From the NCBI GenBank assembly GCA_051294375.1, contig CM119263.1, positions 10,160,620 through 10,224,619 on the forward strand: a stretch of DNA of 64,000 nucleotides, written 5' to 3'. The translations under genes and the position numbers were made by a program. The DNA is from Paraspadella gotoi. Lineage: Eukaryota > Animalia > Chaetognatha. The notes below the pieces were generated by a model. The model was not told the DNA's origin, made no database searches, and saw nothing but the letters and a program-made list of their open reading frames with translations. This document shows positions 1 to 17,360 of the stretch, piece by piece (the first letter of the stretch is position 1; every line of letters begins with the position of its first letter).

Positions 1-84
1 GAAAAGAAAAGAAAAGAAAAGAAAAGAAAAGAAAAGACGAAAGAACCCCCATGAATTCCTACCAATGCCCTTACCCTGACTCAC

Positions 85-413
85 CCTCCTCGGCGCCGAC
101 GACGGGTCCCGACGGAATGTCGATCACCGGCGCGTAGTTGAAGGCCAAGAGCGCCGAACCGCGAGAGTCTCCGGCGGCGTTGCTCGCTTCGCAGGTGAGG
201 TTCTGTCCGAAGAAACGCCGATCCATCGTCAGCGTTAGGGCGGCGCCGTCGGGCGACAGCGCCGCGTCGGAACCGGCGTCGTCGTCCTCGGCGCCGAACG
301 ACCGACCGTCGCTCATCATCCACCGGAAGTGAGTGGCGCGTGGGTGGGCGTCGGCGTGACAGGTGAACGTGACGGCGTCCCCCTCGCGGTACGAAGTCGG
401 TGACTGGCGAAGA
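85..413 (-). CDS. Kirre/NEPH-like protein, exon encoding Ig domain 3 and the start of Ig4 (5' end in N gap)
   Basis: Open frame LRQSPTSYREGDAVTFTCHADAHPRATHFRWMMSDGR...LTLTMDRRFFGQNLTCEASNAAGDSRGSALLAFNYAPVIDIPSGPVVGAEE(G). It shows the Kirre-type CxADAxP...FRW...R.F....xCEaxNxxG...YAP pattern. Donor GAGG|gtgagtc is phase 1. Confidence 0.88.
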
Positions 414-760
414 NNNNNNNNNNNNNNNNNNNNNNNNNNNNNNNNNNNNNNNNNNNNNNNNNNNNNNNNNNNNNNNNNNNNNNNNNNNNNNNNNNNNNNN
501 NNNNNNNNNNNNNNNNNNNNNNNNNNNNNNNNNNNNNNNNNNNNNNNNNNNNNNNNNNNNNNNNNNNNNNNNNGGAGGGAGGAGGCGAAAGCTGATTGGA
601 AAACAAACTCGTCACGCCATCTTTTCGTACAACGGAATCGGGGGAAACGAAATTAATTTTGTTTGACGTTCGGTTCGACGCGAGTCGATTCCTCGTNNNN
701 NNNNNNTAATAGCCTATATTTTGTATATTAACAAAACAGCATCCGTCCTATTCGACTTAC

Positions 761-920
761 TCAACATCGGCGGAACAGGTCCATGTCCCGAACTGGCTCT
801 CCTGGATCTTGCCCACTTGAAGGACAGCTTCGGCCTTGGGAAGACCCTCGGGCGAAATCCAAACCACCTTCGAGGGTGGCGGGTGGGAGGCGACGCTGCA
901 GACTAGCTCGACGTTCTCGC
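761..920 (-). CDS. Kirre/NEPH-like protein, Ig domain 4 exon (absent from the ORF track; lies in a duplicated segment, out of gene order)
   Basis: Acceptor with branch-like ctaac: catctaacctccag|GC. Donor GTTGA|gtaagtc. 160 nt translating (G)ENVELVCSVASHPPPSKVVWISPEGLPKAEAVLQVGKIQESQFGTWTCSADV. It continues ...GAEEG from the 85-413 exon in phase 1. Confidence 0.85.
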
Positions 921-1239
921 CTGGAGGTTAGATGGTTTGTGTAAAAAAAAAGGTATTATTGAATAGAATTAAATTTAAACTTTATGTGGTTTTTTATATT
1001 AAGCGGGAAAAACGAAATACGTTTTATAGATTTTCGGATTAAAATCGTTTTTGGCCGTCATTCATTCGTCTTATATTTTTATCAAACGTTCGTTTGCCTC
1101 ATGATATTGAGAATCGATTTTAGAAGTAAGAAAAATCGAAAAAGAATCGAAAAATTCGACGCAAAAATCGATACTAAAAATTTATGAATCTTAGACAAAA
1201 AAGATAAAAAAAGAGAGAAGTCCAAAGAGAGGCGGCAAT

Positions 1240-2400
1240 GTTCGATCACCGAGGCCGCATTGAGAATTCCGTACCCAGAAAGTCCGGCGCCTGAGCAACC
1301 CGCGAGGTCTCCGGCGGCGTTGCCGACTCACCGCCTTTCCTCGGCCAGCCGCGGACGGAACGGTGAAGTGTTCTCCTTCGTCCGCGAGAGAAACGGAAAC
1401 GGCCTCGAATGATCCCAATCCGTGGCGCGTCTCTCAGACGGTTTTAGAGAGCCAAGAGCGCCGGAAACCGCGGGCCGACGAGGTCTCCGGGGCCAGCCGG
1501 ACGTCGCCGTCCGGCTTCGTGCACACAACGGTCGCAGTCGTCGTCCTCGGTGCGCTGCGAAGAAACGCGCGGGAGACCATGCGAACTCGTCGACGCGCGC
1601 GAATCATCGACAGCTCGAGACCGTGATTCCGGCGGACGCATGCGCGCGCGGTCGGAACCCGTCCGGCGAGGCCGTCACGGCAGAATCCCGTGCAGCGCGC
1701 TCGCCACACCGCATCCCGAGCGGCTACGTCGCCTCAAGTCCGTGCCTGAACTGGGAAAGTAGAGTGGACGAGAGCGAGGGGTAGGTGCCGTTGCACCGGA
1801 GGGTAGGAGCAAGGTAGAGAAGAGCACGGTGACAGCGTACCGACGACGCACTGCGAACGTGACAGGAAAGAAGTGCGAGGAGGAGGAAGAACTGGAGGAG
1901 AAGAGTAGAAAGAGAGAAGATGAAGGAGAGAGAGAGATGACGATGCAGCACGAGAAGAGAGAGAATAGGGGGTATATTGATTGGTTAGAGGACCGAGTAC
2001 GCGCAGACGAGTGATGAGAGAAGAAAAGACGAGGGAAGAGGAGGGAAGATGAGAGAGAGCGAGGAGAAGAGACATGAGATAGATGGAAGAAGAGACCAAG
2101 ACGTACGGTACGAAGAGAGAGGAGAGAATAAGTCACTCTATCTTTTTGCTCGGCGGATCCATTGTGAGAATCTAGAGGAGGAGTACAGGAGGAAAATAGA
2201 AATAGGATTTGGTTGGACCCAGTGCCAGCTTCTGAGAAACAGGAAGTACGACTCGCCTATCGTGCAGAAAAGTAAGGACGTTGGCCGAAGGGACGAGTAG
2301 GAATGACCCATCTTTTTCGTACAACGGAATCGGGGGAGTATACGAGAATTCAATTTTGCGATTTGACGGTTGCAGGTTCAGTGAGGACGGGCAGTAGTCG
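1240..2400 (-). other. Insertion-riddled duplicate of 120-696 (Ig3 exon plus upstream intron); probably raw long-read sequence
   Basis: Colinear anchors match 120-696 (cgatcaccg, gtctccggcggcgttg, gtcgtcgtcctcgg, ccatcttttcgtacaacggaatcggggg). The copy is about twice as long because of scattered insertions. Confidence 0.7.
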
Positions 2401-2579
2401 AACGTTTGACCCTGTCTGCTAGACAAGGAAAAAGAGATAAGGCCACCGCGATTGTGACCGAGAGACAGCAGCAGATGAGGCGTATTAGTATAATGTGTGT
2501 AGTTACGTGTGTGGTGAGCGGAGAAGTGGGACGAGGGAGAGGGAGAGTAGGGGACGAGCACGCCGATCAGAGAGAGAGA

Positions 2580-4213
2580 GAGAATCTCGCGGAGGTTGAA
2601 TAACAGCCGAAGGAGGAGAGCAAATAGTATTTTTAAATGCAAGATTTTGCTATAGTGGGGGAGGGTGAGGGGGAGGAGGGGAGAGAATGTTTGGTCGGAT
2701 AGTGGATGGGCAGAGATGTGAGTGTGAGAAGGGGACAGCATAGGAGGGAGGAGAGAGAGAAATTTTAAAAGCAAAATGAATATATAAGAGGGAGGAGAGT
2801 TGTAGGAGGAGGAGAATTGGAGAGGAAATTTAGATTAGGTGGACGATACGATTAATTGATGGAGGCATATACTGAAGAGAGAGAGAAGAGATAAATGTAT
2901 GAGTATAAAAATCTTAAGTATAAACGAAAGAAAATAAGTTAAGAGAAAAAGGAGAAGTATCGAGAATCGAGTAAGTATGACTGGAGACAGATAATAAAAA
3001 ATTTTGGAGCGACTCTATGAAAAAAAAGTCAGGAAGAAGGTTAAACAATCAACTTGAGCACACTGAAAATCTTCATTGATGTGCCATCTTTATTGTACTT
3101 GTTTTCCGATGCACACATCCGTTAGCAGCGACAAAAAACACAATGGAGTTTGGCCGCTCATCTTTGCACAGCCGCGTTGAGATGATCATACGAGCACAAA
3201 GGCGCTTTGGCTACTTTATATTTCTCTTTCCTTTATTCTTTTACTTCTCTTTCTTTTCTTTTCTCTTTTTTCAACATTCTTCTTTTTCTTTTTTTTTTAT
3301 TCTTCCCTATCTTTGTTGTCTTTGTATCTCATCTTCCGCGAATTCCTTTTATTCCTTGGCTCGCGGCATATCAGGTCTTTTTTGTTTCACACTCTTTTCT
3401 TATACTAATCTAGGTTTACTTGTCTTATTCCTTTCAATCCCTCCTTTTTTTGTCTCTATAATTATTATATATCGTCTGGCTGTCTATGGTTCCGTTCAGC
3501 GCTGTCAACTATTTTTCTGCCGCTGTGTCATCTCTTCGTCTCTCTCAATCATCTATTCCGGCGTTCTCACTTCGGTTTTCATTCTTCCCTTCTTTCTGTT
3601 CTAATAGAAACTCTACGCTGGCCGGCCCGTCCGCCTCTCTCTCTCTCTCTTCTATCTCCCTGTCGTATCCTCTCTCTCTCTCTCATCTTCTATCTTCTTC
3701 TTCTTCCCTCTTCTCCTCATCCTCTCTCTCCTTTCCTCCTTCCTCTCTCTCTCTCCTCTTCATATCTCTCTCTCTTCCTCCTCTCTCTTCCTCCTTCCTC
3801 CTCTCTCTCTTCTCTCTCTCCTCTCTCTCTTTTCTCTCTCTCTCTCTTCCTCGTCCTCTTCCTCCTTCCTCTTCTCTCCTCTCTCTCTCTCTCTCCTCTT
3901 TCTCTCTCTTCCCTCTTCTCCTCCTCTCTCCTCTCTCCTCACCGCTCCTCGGCCATCCTCTTGTCTTTAATACTTCAACTCCACGTCACCAAGATCCTGT
4001 ATTCGTTCCCCTCTCTTCCTCCAAGTGGCCTCTTTACTACTCTCCCTTTTGCTTTCTCATCTCGTCTTCCCCATCCGGGCAGGCGGCATATTTTTTTTCT
4101 GCATTCAAATTCTTTATTCATCGGTCTGGTATTCCGGCCGCCATTCTGTCTTTCTGAATCCACGACAGAATGTCTCCATCAGCCGGGTTTTAATCTTTTG
4201 TCCTCGTGTGCGG

Positions 4214-4258
<45 letters not shown>

Positions 4259-5900
4259 CTGTTTCGTTTTTTTCTGGGCAATCATCCTCTTTTTTAATAT
4301 TTCTCTTCTCTCGTATATTTCTATTTTTTTTTTTTTTCTCATCTCTTTTTCTGGTCCGTGTTGTTCGACATCGCCGGCCCAATTTTCCGTCGTCGTCGTT
4401 CTCGTCATCATCACAATTTCGCAATGTTTTCCACGGGGGATGACTGCGTTTAAGGGATGGTCGTGGAGATAAGTGTTGCGTTGGTAAAAGCAAAGAGTAG
4501 ATCGAAGACTGAAGAGATACAGCGGTTGAGGAGAGAGGAAACAACAACCTTTACAAAGTCTTCCCTTTACAACCCCACCTCCCACTGCCCCTTCCCTGCC
4601 TCCATAGAATTGCCGGCAGTTGTTTGATGCACCGACGTGTTTAATGTGAACTTTTATGGTGACTTGTCGGATCAATTTTTCCCTGTTTACTTCCTTCCCT
4701 CTCCTTCTCCCTTTAAATTTCACCTCCTTCTTCTCCTTCCCTTAAGTTTTCCCTAAACCCCCCCTTTTTCTCTTTTCTTAGTTTTCCCTTTAAACCCCCG
4801 TTTTTTTTCTTTTAGTTTCATTTAACCCCCCTTTTTTCTCTTAAGTTTTCCCCTCCCACCTTAAACCCCTATTTTTTTCTATTCCTCTTTAAAGAAAATC
4901 AGTCTCCCATCCCCGTCTGTCTATTACTCCCTTTTCGCCCGTTTATTTTCGGGGGAAAACATGAAAACAATGAATAAAAGAAAGGATTTTTTATTAAAAT
5001 AAATAAGTAATAAAAACCATAAAATCCAATAAAAACGGTTTTCTATATTACCCACACACAACAACTACAACAACTTAGTGTTAGTGTTTAGGATTCTTAT
5101 TAATTGAATATCATATACTAGTGCTACTGTTCCGCCTTTTTTTTTAAGTACTTCGCTTTGTGCAAGCATCGACTTTTTTTCCAAAGCGTACTATGTGATA
5201 ACAAGTAATGTTTTCAAAATTTGTTTTATTATTAAATACCTACCCTGCTCTCAGTGCACACTATAACGGCACACTCCACGCTGCAACACTTCTTTCCCTA
5301 ATCTCATGTTAATCATTTATATTCGTTCAAATCAGGACGAATCGCGTCACTCCTTGAATTTCGCCCGCGTCGCCGACTCCAGCGATTATAATCTTTCTTT
5401 TTTTCAATCAGCGCGGGGACGGACTCGACGACGACGACGACGACGAAGACGCCTACGAACGACGCCGACGCGACGACGCTACGACGACGCCGACGACGAC
5501 GCCGACGCGACGGCCGACGACGACGACGACGACGACGACGACCTCGGAATAGGTTTCCCTTTCGATTTCATTCTTCGTCTCACATCACGTCTCACTTTTT
5601 TTCCCTATCCCTTTGAGCTGAGGACACCCCTGGCTGCACAACAGCACAGAGCACCCCCGATCTCGTTTCTCCAACCCACCAACATCATTTTCCCCGGACT
5701 CTCCTCTTTGTCTAATCTTTCCACCTTTTCCGACCACCCCTTTTGTAAAAACCCGTACCTCAACAACTCCTCCCCATCACCACACACTTTACTCCCTTTT
5801 CAGTCCGCGTCTCCCTAGAACTCGGCATCGCAATTTATCCGCTCTCTCAGAACAACAGCCTGACCGGCTCTCCGCGGTCATGGTTTTCAAAAGTATCCCT
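2580..5900 (+). repeat. Further noisy forward copy of the 11272-14250 unit, lacking the MITE
   Basis: Shared anchors include gggatgactgcgtttaaggg, ttgccggcagttg, aaaacatgaaaacaatgaataaaag and ctttgagctgaggacacccc. The empty site is at about 5244-5260. Confidence 0.85.
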
Positions 5901-6569
5901 CCACGTTATGGTTTTTTTTCTTTTTTTTATCTTTTTTTCTTTTTTCTTTTTTCTTTTTTTTTTCTTTTCTTTTTTTTTTTTTTTTTGTCTTTATCCTTTT
6001 CTTTCTTTTTTTTCTTTTTTTTTTTTTTTTTGTTCTTAGTTCTTTTCTTTTTCTTTTTTTTTCTTTTTTTCTTTTTTTTCTTTTCTTTTTTTTCTTTTTT
6101 CTTTTTTTTTTTTGTTTCGTTGTTTCTTCTCANNNNNNNNNNNNNNNNNNNNNNNNNACGATATATTGACATAGAAAAAGTATAAAGTATTAAACTAGTA
6201 CGAAAAAATAGAGTGCAAAGATTGTCGATGAAGAGCGAGAAAAAAAATGAGGCCTTGAACCGGAGAGTTAAACAACCTGGCACTATCTCTCTCTCTCTTT
6301 TTCTTTTTCTCTCTTTATCTCCCATGTTGCGTCATCTTCGCCTTTATCTTCGCAACAGGTTTTTTTTTCTCTTTTCTTTATTCTTTATTTTCTTTCTTTC
6401 TTTCAATCTTTTTTTTTCTTCTTATTTTTATCCGCAATTTTTTCTGTCTCGTTCTCTTCGTTCAAACGATCGTTCCATTGTTATTCCCCTTTTTTGTCTA
6501 AATAGAAACGCTGGCGCCGTCGCTCTACTCTGGTCACTCTCTCTCTCTCTCTCAAAAAAGGAGATGAGA

Positions 6570-10022
<3,453 letters not shown>

Positions 10023-10047
10023 NNNNNNNNNNNNNNNNNNNNNNNNN

Positions 10048-11246
10048 TCTCACGCCCGCCATCTTGTCTTTAACTCCACGCCAGATGTCTCCAAGGGTTT
10101 ATCTTTTGTCCTCCGCGCCATTTTTTTTTCTGCAACAAATCTTTTATTCTCGTAATTCGTTGTTCGATCGCCGCCAATTTTCGTCGTCGTCGTCGTCGTC
10201 GTTCTCGTCATCATCACAATTTCGCAATGTTTTCACGGGGGATGACTGCGTTTAAGGGGATGGTCGTGGAGATAAGTGTTGCGTTGGTAAAAGCAAAGAG
10301 TAGATCGAAGACTGAAGAGATACAGCGGTTGAGGAGAGAGGAAACAACAACCCTTTACAAAGTCTCTCCCTTTACAACCCCAACCTCCCACTGCCCCTTC
10401 CCTGCCTCCATAGAATTGCCGGCAGTTGTTTTGATGCACCGACGTGTTTATGGTGAACTTTTATGGTGAACTTGTCGGATTCAATTTTTCCCTGTTTACT
10501 TCCTTCCCTCTCCCTTCATCCCTTTTAAATTTACACTCCTTCTTCTCCTTCCCTTAAGTTTTCCCTTTAACCCCCGTTTTTTCTCTTTAGTTTTCCCTTT
10601 AACCCCCGTTTTTTCTCTTTAGTTTTCCCTTTAACCCCCGTTTTTTCTTTTTAGTTTTCCATTTAACCCCCCTTTTTTCTCTTTAGTTTTCCCTTAAACC
10701 CCCCCTATTTTTTCTTTCCTCTTTAAAATCAGTCTCCCCGATCCTTGTCTTCTCTCCCTTTCGCCCGTTTATTTTTTGGGGGAAAACATGAAAACAATGA
10801 ATAAAAGAAAGAGGATTTTTTTATTAAAATAAATAAGTAAATAAAAAACCATAAAAAAATCCAAATAAAAACGGTTTTCTATATTACCCACACAACAACA
10901 TAAACCAAGCTTAGTGTTAGGTTTTAGGATTCTTATTATTTAAGTTTACTTCGCCTTTTTTTTTCGCCAGCATCGACTTTTTTTTCAAGCGTCACTATGT
11001 GATAAAAAAGATAATTGTTTTCAAATTTGTTTTATTATAATAACCTACCCTGCTGCTCAGTGCACACTATAAACGGCACACTCCACGCTGCACACTTCTT
11101 TCCTAATCTTCATGTTAATCATTATTATTTCGTTCAATCAGGACGAAATCAGCGTCACTCCTTGAGATTTTCGACTCAGCGAGTTATTAATCTTTCTTTT
11201 TTTTCAATCAGCGCGGGGACGACGTCGACGACGACGACGACGACGA
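10048..11246 (+). repeat. Cleaner forward copy of part of the same unit, lacking the MITE
   Basis: Colinear with 12085-13890 except for the missing 600-bp element. Bounded by 25-N gaps on both sides. Confidence 0.9.
10555..10712. repeat. ~32-bp minisatellite, ~5 copies (present in every long copy of the duplicated unit)
   Basis: Unit AGTTTTCCCTTTAACCCCCGTTTTTTCTCTTT. Confidence 0.85.
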
Positions 11247-11944
11247 NNNNNNNNNNNNNNNNNNNNNNNNNCATTTATTTATTTTTGGTGTGGGGAGGGA
11301 TGCGGGAGGAGGAGGGGGCGATGGGGACGGGGGGAAGGCCGAAGGGGAGATGGAGAAATCGTTTAGAAGCCAAAGATTCAAGGGGGTGGGGGGGGGGGAA
11401 ATGTTGGGATAGTGATCGAATTTAATGAGGTCGGAAACTGGAGGAAGGATTTAGAGAAATATAAAAGGAAAGTGTAATTAAGAGAAAAGAAAATTAACGC
11501 GTAATATTGACGTATATTGACATTAAAAAAAAGTATACAGAGGTATTAAATACTAGTTTACGAAAAAAAAATTAGAGTTAGGTGCAGAAGATTGCCCGAT
11601 GAGAGCGAGAAAGAAAAAAAATGCACATGACAGGGCCTTGAACCGGTGAGTTGTAAACAACCTGGCACTATCTCTTTCTCTCTTTTTCTTCTCTTTTAGT
11701 CTCCATGTTGCCGTTCATCTTCGCCTTTATCTCGCAACAGGTTTTTTCTCTTTTCTTTATTCTTTGATTTTCTTTTTTCTTTCAATCTTTTTTTTTTTTT
11801 CTTTCTTATTTTTATCCGCACATTTTTTCCTTTTCTCGTTCTCTTCGTCAAACGATCGTGATCCATTGTTACTTCCCCTTTTTGTCTAAATAGAAGACGC
11901 TGGCGCCGTCGCCCTCTCTTGGTCACACTTGCACTCTCTCTCTG

Positions 11945-12088
<144 letters not shown>

Positions 12089-13089
12089 ACGCCGCCATCT
12101 TGTTCTTTAACTCACGCCAGATGTCTCCAAGGGTTATCTTTTGTCCTCCGCGCCATTTTTTTTCTGCATCCAAATCTTTTATCCTCGGTATTCGTTGTTC
12201 GATCGCCGGCCCAATTTTCCGTCGTCGTCGTTTCGTCATCATCACAATTTCGCAAGTGTTTCCGGGGGATGACTGCGTTTAAGGGGATGGTCGTGGAGAT
12301 AAGTGTTGCGTTGGTAAAAGCAAAAGAGAAGATCGAAAGACTGAAGAGCATACAAGCGGTTGAGGAGAGAGGGAAACAACAACCTTTAACAAAGTCTCTC
12401 CCTTTACAACCCCAAAACCTCCCCACTGCCCCTTCCCGCCTCCATAGAAATTGCCGGCAGTGCTTTTGATGCACCGACGTGTTTATGGTGAACTTTATGG
12501 TAACTTGTCGGATCAATTTTTTCGCGCCTGTTTACTTCCTTCCTCTCCCTTCTTCCTTTTAAATTTACACTCCTCTTCTCCTTCCCTTAAGTTTTCCCTA
12601 TAACCCCCCCTTTTTCCTTACGTTTTCCCTTAACCCCCTTTTTCTTTAGTTTTCCCTTTAACCGTTTTTCTGTTTAGTTTTCCATTTAACCCCCTTTTTT
12701 CTTATTTAGTTTTCCCTTTAAACCCCCCCTATTTTTGCTTCCTCTTTTAAAATCAGTCTCCATCCTTGTCTTCTCTCCCTTTCGGCGCCGTTATGTTTTG
12801 GGAAAACATGAAAACAATGAATAAAAGAAAGAGGGATTTTTTTATTAAAATAAATAATGGCAAATAAAAACCATTAAAAAAATCCAAATAAAACGGCGTT
12901 TCTAGATTACCCACACATCAACATAACCAGCTGAGTGGTTAGGTTTTAGGATTCTTATTATTTAAGGTTACTTCGCATTTTTTTTTCGCCAGCATCGACT
13001 TTTTTTTCAAGCGTCACTATGTGATAAAAAAGATAATTGTTTTCAAATTTGTTTTTATAGTCTATAATAAACCTACCCTGCTGCCTCAG

Positions 13090-13701
13090 TAGAGTGGAGC
13101 ACTCAAGAACAAAAAATTTATTTGAATGATGAAACAGATGATATTTAAATGTGAGAGTAGTATGATTAATTAAGTATAAAAAATATTTTTGTTCATCATT
13201 ATCTCTCGGAACAGAAATAGATAAAATATAATATATTTGTAGTAGAATATCCTTATAAAAATAGTAAATTTTTAAAAATAGATGTTATAAAACTTTAATA
13301 AAGATTCAGAGATGCTTCAAAAAAAGTTGAATCAAAAATATAAAACATGTTATCAAAATTCTGTCATCTTCAATGTTTAAGAATAAGAAAAAGAGTGTGA
13401 AAATTTCCTGACTTTAAAACGTTTTTAGTCATTTTTTTTGATCTAAACATTTAAAATATCATATAAATATATTTATTAAAAGTTTCTTAGTTTACAGCGA
13501 ATCCCAATCAGTTCTTAAAAATTAAAATAAAATTATTTTAAAATTGACGATTATAGGCGATATTACAAGATAAATAATTAATTTGCTATACTGTTTTATG
13601 CTAAAAAATTTTTAAAAGATTTTAAAATTCATTAATTATATGTTCCATAAGCAGCAAAAAAATAATGTTCAATCACTCAATCTTTTCATCACTCCACCCT
13701 A
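13090..13701. mobile_element. Same hAT-type MITE insertion, in a forward copy of the locus
   Basis: TAGAGTGGAG...CTCCACCCTA, flanked by ctgc(c)tcag on the left and ctgctcag on the right. Confidence 0.85.
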
Positions 13702-14240
13702 CTGCTCAGTGAACACTCTATAACGGACACCCACGCTGCACACTTTGTTCCCAAATCTCATGTTAATCAATTATATTTCGTTCAATCAGGACGAAATCAG
13801 CGTCACTCCTTGAGATTTCGACTCAGCGAGTTATTATCTTTCTTTTTTTTCAAATCAGCGCGGGGACGAGTCGACGACGACGACGACGGACGACCCCGGA
13901 TAGGTTTTCCCTTTCGATTTTCATTCTTCGTCCTCGACAATCACGTCTCACTTTTCCCCTTTGAGCTGAGGACACCCCTGCGACACACCAGAGCATCCCC
14001 GATCTCTTTCCTCACCACCCAATCATTTTCCGATCTCCCTCTCTTGTCTAATCTTTCCACCTTTCGACCACCTTTTTGTAAACCCGTCACTCCCAACACT
14101 CTCCTCCCATCACCACCTTTCACTCCCTTTTCAGTCCGCGTCTCCCTAGACTCGGCATCGCAATTTATCGCTCTCTCCGAACCACAGCCTGACCGGCTCT
14201 CCAGGGGTCATGGTTCAAGTATCCTCCAGTTATTGGTTTT

Positions 14241-14275
<35 letters not shown>

Positions 14276-14973
14276 NNNNNNNNNNNNNNNNNNNNNNNNN
14301 CATTTATTTATTTTTGGTGTGGGGAGGGATGCGGGAGGAGGAGGGGGCGATGGGGACGGGGGGAAGGCCGAAGGGGAGATGGAGAAATCGTTTAGAAGCC
14401 AAAGATTCAAGGGGGTGGGGGGGGGGGAAATGTTGGGATAGTGATCGAATTTAATGAGGTCGGAAACTGGAGGAAGGATTTAGAGAAATATAAAAGGAAA
14501 GTGTAATTAAGAGAAAAGAAAATTAACGCGTAATATTGACGTATATTGACATTAAAAAAAAGTATACAGAGGTATTAAATACTAGTTTACGAAAAAAAAA
14601 TTAGAGTTAGGTGCAGAAGATTGCCCGATGAGAGCGAGAAAGAAAAAAAATGCACATGACAGGGCCTTGAACCGGTGAGTTGTAAACAACCTGGCACTAT
14701 CTCTTTCTCTCTTTTTCTTCTCTTTTAGTCTCCATGTTGCCGTTCATCTTCGCCTTTATCTCGCAACAGGTTTTTTCTCTTTTCTTTATTCTTTGATTTT
14801 CTTTTTTCTTTCAATCTTTTTTTTTTTTTCTTTCTTATTTTTATCCGCACATTTTTTCCTTTTCTCGTTCTCTTCGTCAAACGATCGTGATCCATTGTTA
14901 CTTCCCCTTTTTGTCTAAATAGAAGACGCTGGCGCCGTCGCCCTCTCTTGGTCACACTTGCACTCTCTCTCTG

Positions 14974-15117
<144 letters not shown>

Positions 15118-16118
15118 ACGCCGCCATCTTGTTCTTTAACTCACGCCAGATGTCTCCAAGGGTTATCTTTTGTCCTCCGCGCCATTTTTTTTCTGCATCC
15201 AAATCTTTTATCCTCGGTATTCGTTGTTCGATCGCCGGCCCAATTTTCCGTCGTCGTCGTTTCGTCATCATCACAATTTCGCAAGTGTTTCCGGGGGATG
15301 ACTGCGTTTAAGGGGATGGTCGTGGAGATAAGTGTTGCGTTGGTAAAAGCAAAAGAGAAGATCGAAAGACTGAAGAGCATACAAGCGGTTGAGGAGAGAG
15401 GGAAACAACAACCTTTAACAAAGTCTCTCCCTTTACAACCCCAAAACCTCCCCACTGCCCCTTCCCGCCTCCATAGAAATTGCCGGCAGTGCTTTTGATG
15501 CACCGACGTGTTTATGGTGAACTTTATGGTAACTTGTCGGATCAATTTTTTCGCGCCTGTTTACTTCCTTCCTCTCCCTTCTTCCTTTTAAATTTACACT
15601 CCTCTTCTCCTTCCCTTAAGTTTTCCCTATAACCCCCCCTTTTTCCTTACGTTTTCCCTTAACCCCCTTTTTCTTTAGTTTTCCCTTTAACCGTTTTTCT
15701 GTTTAGTTTTCCATTTAACCCCCTTTTTTCTTATTTAGTTTTCCCTTTAAACCCCCCCTATTTTTGCTTCCTCTTTTAAAATCAGTCTCCATCCTTGTCT
15801 TCTCTCCCTTTCGGCGCCGTTATGTTTTGGGAAAACATGAAAACAATGAATAAAAGAAAGAGGGATTTTTTTATTAAAATAAATAATGGCAAATAAAAAC
15901 CATTAAAAAAATCCAAATAAAACGGCGTTTCTAGATTACCCACACATCAACATAACCAGCTGAGTGGTTAGGTTTTAGGATTCTTATTATTTAAGGTTAC
16001 TTCGCATTTTTTTTTCGCCAGCATCGACTTTTTTTTCAAGCGTCACTATGTGATAAAAAAGATAATTGTTTTCAAATTTGTTTTTATAGTCTATAATAAA
16101 CCTACCCTGCTGCCTCAG

Positions 16119-16730
16119 TAGAGTGGAGCACTCAAGAACAAAAAATTTATTTGAATGATGAAACAGATGATATTTAAATGTGAGAGTAGTATGATTAATT
16201 AAGTATAAAAAATATTTTTGTTCATCATTATCTCTCGGAACAGAAATAGATAAAATATAATATATTTGTAGTAGAATATCCTTATAAAAATAGTAAATTT
16301 TTAAAAATAGATGTTATAAAACTTTAATAAAGATTCAGAGATGCTTCAAAAAAAGTTGAATCAAAAATATAAAACATGTTATCAAAATTCTGTCATCTTC
16401 AATGTTTAAGAATAAGAAAAAGAGTGTGAAAATTTCCTGACTTTAAAACGTTTTTAGTCATTTTTTTTGATCTAAACATTTAAAATATCATATAAATATA
16501 TTTATTAAAAGTTTCTTAGTTTACAGCGAATCCCAATCAGTTCTTAAAAATTAAAATAAAATTATTTTAAAATTGACGATTATAGGCGATATTACAAGAT
16601 AAATAATTAATTTGCTATACTGTTTTATGCTAAAAAATTTTTAAAAGATTTTAAAATTCATTAATTATATGTTCCATAAGCAGCAAAAAAATAATGTTCA
16701 ATCACTCAATCTTTTCATCACTCCACCCTA
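16119..16730. mobile_element. Same hAT-type MITE insertion, in the 3029-bp-offset duplicate
   Basis: Same sequence as 13090-13701, including the extra c in the left TSD. Confidence 0.85.
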
Positions 16731-17289
16731 CTGCTCAGTGAACACTCTATAACGGACACCCACGCTGCACACTTTGTTCCCAAATCTCATGTTAATCAAT
16801 TATATTTCGTTCAATCAGGACGAAATCAGCGTCACTCCTTGAGATTTCGACTCAGCGAGTTATTATCTTTCTTTTTTTTCAAATCAGCGCGGGGACGAGT
16901 CGACGACGACGACGACGGACGACCCGATAGGTTTTACCCTTTCGATTTTCATTCTTCGTCCTCGGCGATCACGTTCTCACTTTTCCCCTTTGAGCTGAGG
17001 AACACCCCTGCGACACACCAGAAGCGATCCCGATCTCTTTCCTCACCACCCAATCATGTTCCGATCCTCCGTCTCATTGTCTAATCTTTCCACCTTCCGA
17101 CCACCTGTTCTGTAAACCCGTCACCCCAACACTTCCTCCATCCACCACCTTTCACTCCCTTTCAGTCCGCGTCTCCCTAGACTCGGCATCGCAATTATCG
17201 CTCTCTCCGAACCACAAGCCTGACCGGCTCCCCAGGGTCAAGGTGTTCAAGTATCCTCCGTTATTGTTTTTCTTCTCTCTCTCTCTCGT

Positions 17290-17360
<71 letters not shown>

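Noticed and set aside
10555-10712. TTAACCCCC units as interstitial telomere sequence
   Set aside because: They are part of a 32-bp minisatellite, not tandem TTAGG or TTAGGG.
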